Source: the human T2T-CHM13v2.0 reference genome, Homo sapiens
Assembly (NCBI RefSeq): GCF_009914755.1
Contig: NC_060927.1
Strand: one strand, 5' to 3'
Length of the DNA stretch: 64,000 bases
Part shown: piece by piece, positions 63,001 to 64,000 of the stretch
Position numbering within the stretch: the stretch's first letter is position 1
Layout: the number at the start of each line of letters is the position of its first letter
The notes under the pieces: generated by a model
What the model saw: only the letters and a program-made list of their open reading frames with translations
Told to the model about the DNA's origin: nothing
The model's database searches: none
Position numbers and translations under genes: made by a program

Positions 63001-63308
63001 TATTTTATTATTTATTTTTTATTTATTAAGAGACAGAGTCTCATTCTGTCACACAGGCTGGAGTGCAGTGGTATGATCCCAGGTCCCTAAAGCCCCGAAC
63101 TGGGCACAAAGGATTCTCTTGACTCAGCCTTCTAAGTAGCTAACTACGGATGCATGCTACCATGCCCGGTGAATTTTTTTCTTAGAACGTTTTGTAGAGA
63201 CAGGGGTCTTGGTATGTTGTCCAGGCTGGTCTCAAATTCCTGGTCTCAAGCGACGTTCCCATCTCAGCTTCCCAAAGTGTTGGGGTTACATGAGCCATTG
63301 CACCTGGC
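63001..63308 (-). mobile_element. AluJ
   Basis: Diverged dimer; TSD-like ttcatctt. Confidence 0.9.
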
Positions 63309-64000
63309 AGGTTATTCATCTTTTGATGTAACTTATTACACAGAATCTACTTGGCCTTGACTTTATGTAGTGGAAAGATATCCTAAAAGATCTCTTTAGA
63401 GCTAAAAACTCCCATTGGAGAAATCATAAAATCCTTGGAATGCAAACCCACCTGAATATCTGCAACAGATAAGGCTACAGCCTCTTTCTAGGACTTAGGG
63501 TCAAACTGAGGAGTGTTTTTCATATCTCTGTATCCATTGGGATTTGTGGGCATAAGAATTTTCTGATTTGTAACTTGAAGATGTTATACTCTATATGCAT
63601 CTTCCTCATTGCTATTGGTGTTATGTACAAGAAAGTTAAAACAAAATATACAGGACATTATCAGTCTGTCCTGAAAGAAAAGGAGTGTTTATTTCAGCTT
63701 CTTCTGACTTTACTCTTTATACGCATTGTTTCCAAAAATGTCTATGCCAAGTGAAGTTTTATATGGAAAAATAAAAAAATTTTATTGGCTTCTATAAAAC
63801 TTTCAGATAGATATTCATATAGAAAAAATTGCCCTTGTAATGAAACAGCTACAAGAAAAACTAAGGTAGTGTAATTAAAAGATTAGTTTACATGTATTTA
63901 ATTTTTTACTGCAAGAAAATGCAATTAAGAGGACAATTAATTTACATAACCAGTTTATATTACATTAAAAGCCCCTATACAGGCAGGTCCATGGTACAGT

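Overview
Hominid (most likely human) genomic DNA with no intact host protein-coding gene that I can identify; it consists almost entirely of interspersed repeats. It holds three ~6 kb primate LINE-1s on the minus strand: L1#1 (L1PA5/6-like, 1230-7389, with a nested L1PA3-like 3' end), L1#3 (L1PA4-like, 27411-33069, a spliced SpIRE97/622 copy) and L1#4 (full-length L1PA2-like, 37958-43990, ORF1 and ORF2 disabled but ORF0 intact). There is also an internally deleted L1PB (L1#2, 21537-26601), a truncated HERV-L/MLT2 provirus, an NPM1 processed pseudogene from the minor B23.2 isoform, 12 Alu elements or fragments, MaLR LTRs, hAT DNA transposons, L2/MIR fossils and a 4x32 bp minisatellite. The most unusual signal is that the three L1PA elements, which belong to different subfamilies and have independent TSDs, share many non-consensus variants in a patchwork, including the same ORF2 nonsense codon in all three. 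This points to local ectopic gene conversion, though an assembly mosaic is not excluded. Other events visible in the sequence are an in-register L1-in-L1 chimera, a ~610 bp L1 3' transduction, a twin-primed inversion, a tailless Alu, a trimeric Alu, a 46 bp orphan L1 patch and several fold-back micro-insertions. Subfamily names come from recalled consensus diagnostics and were not checked by any search; boundaries of old repeats are approximate.
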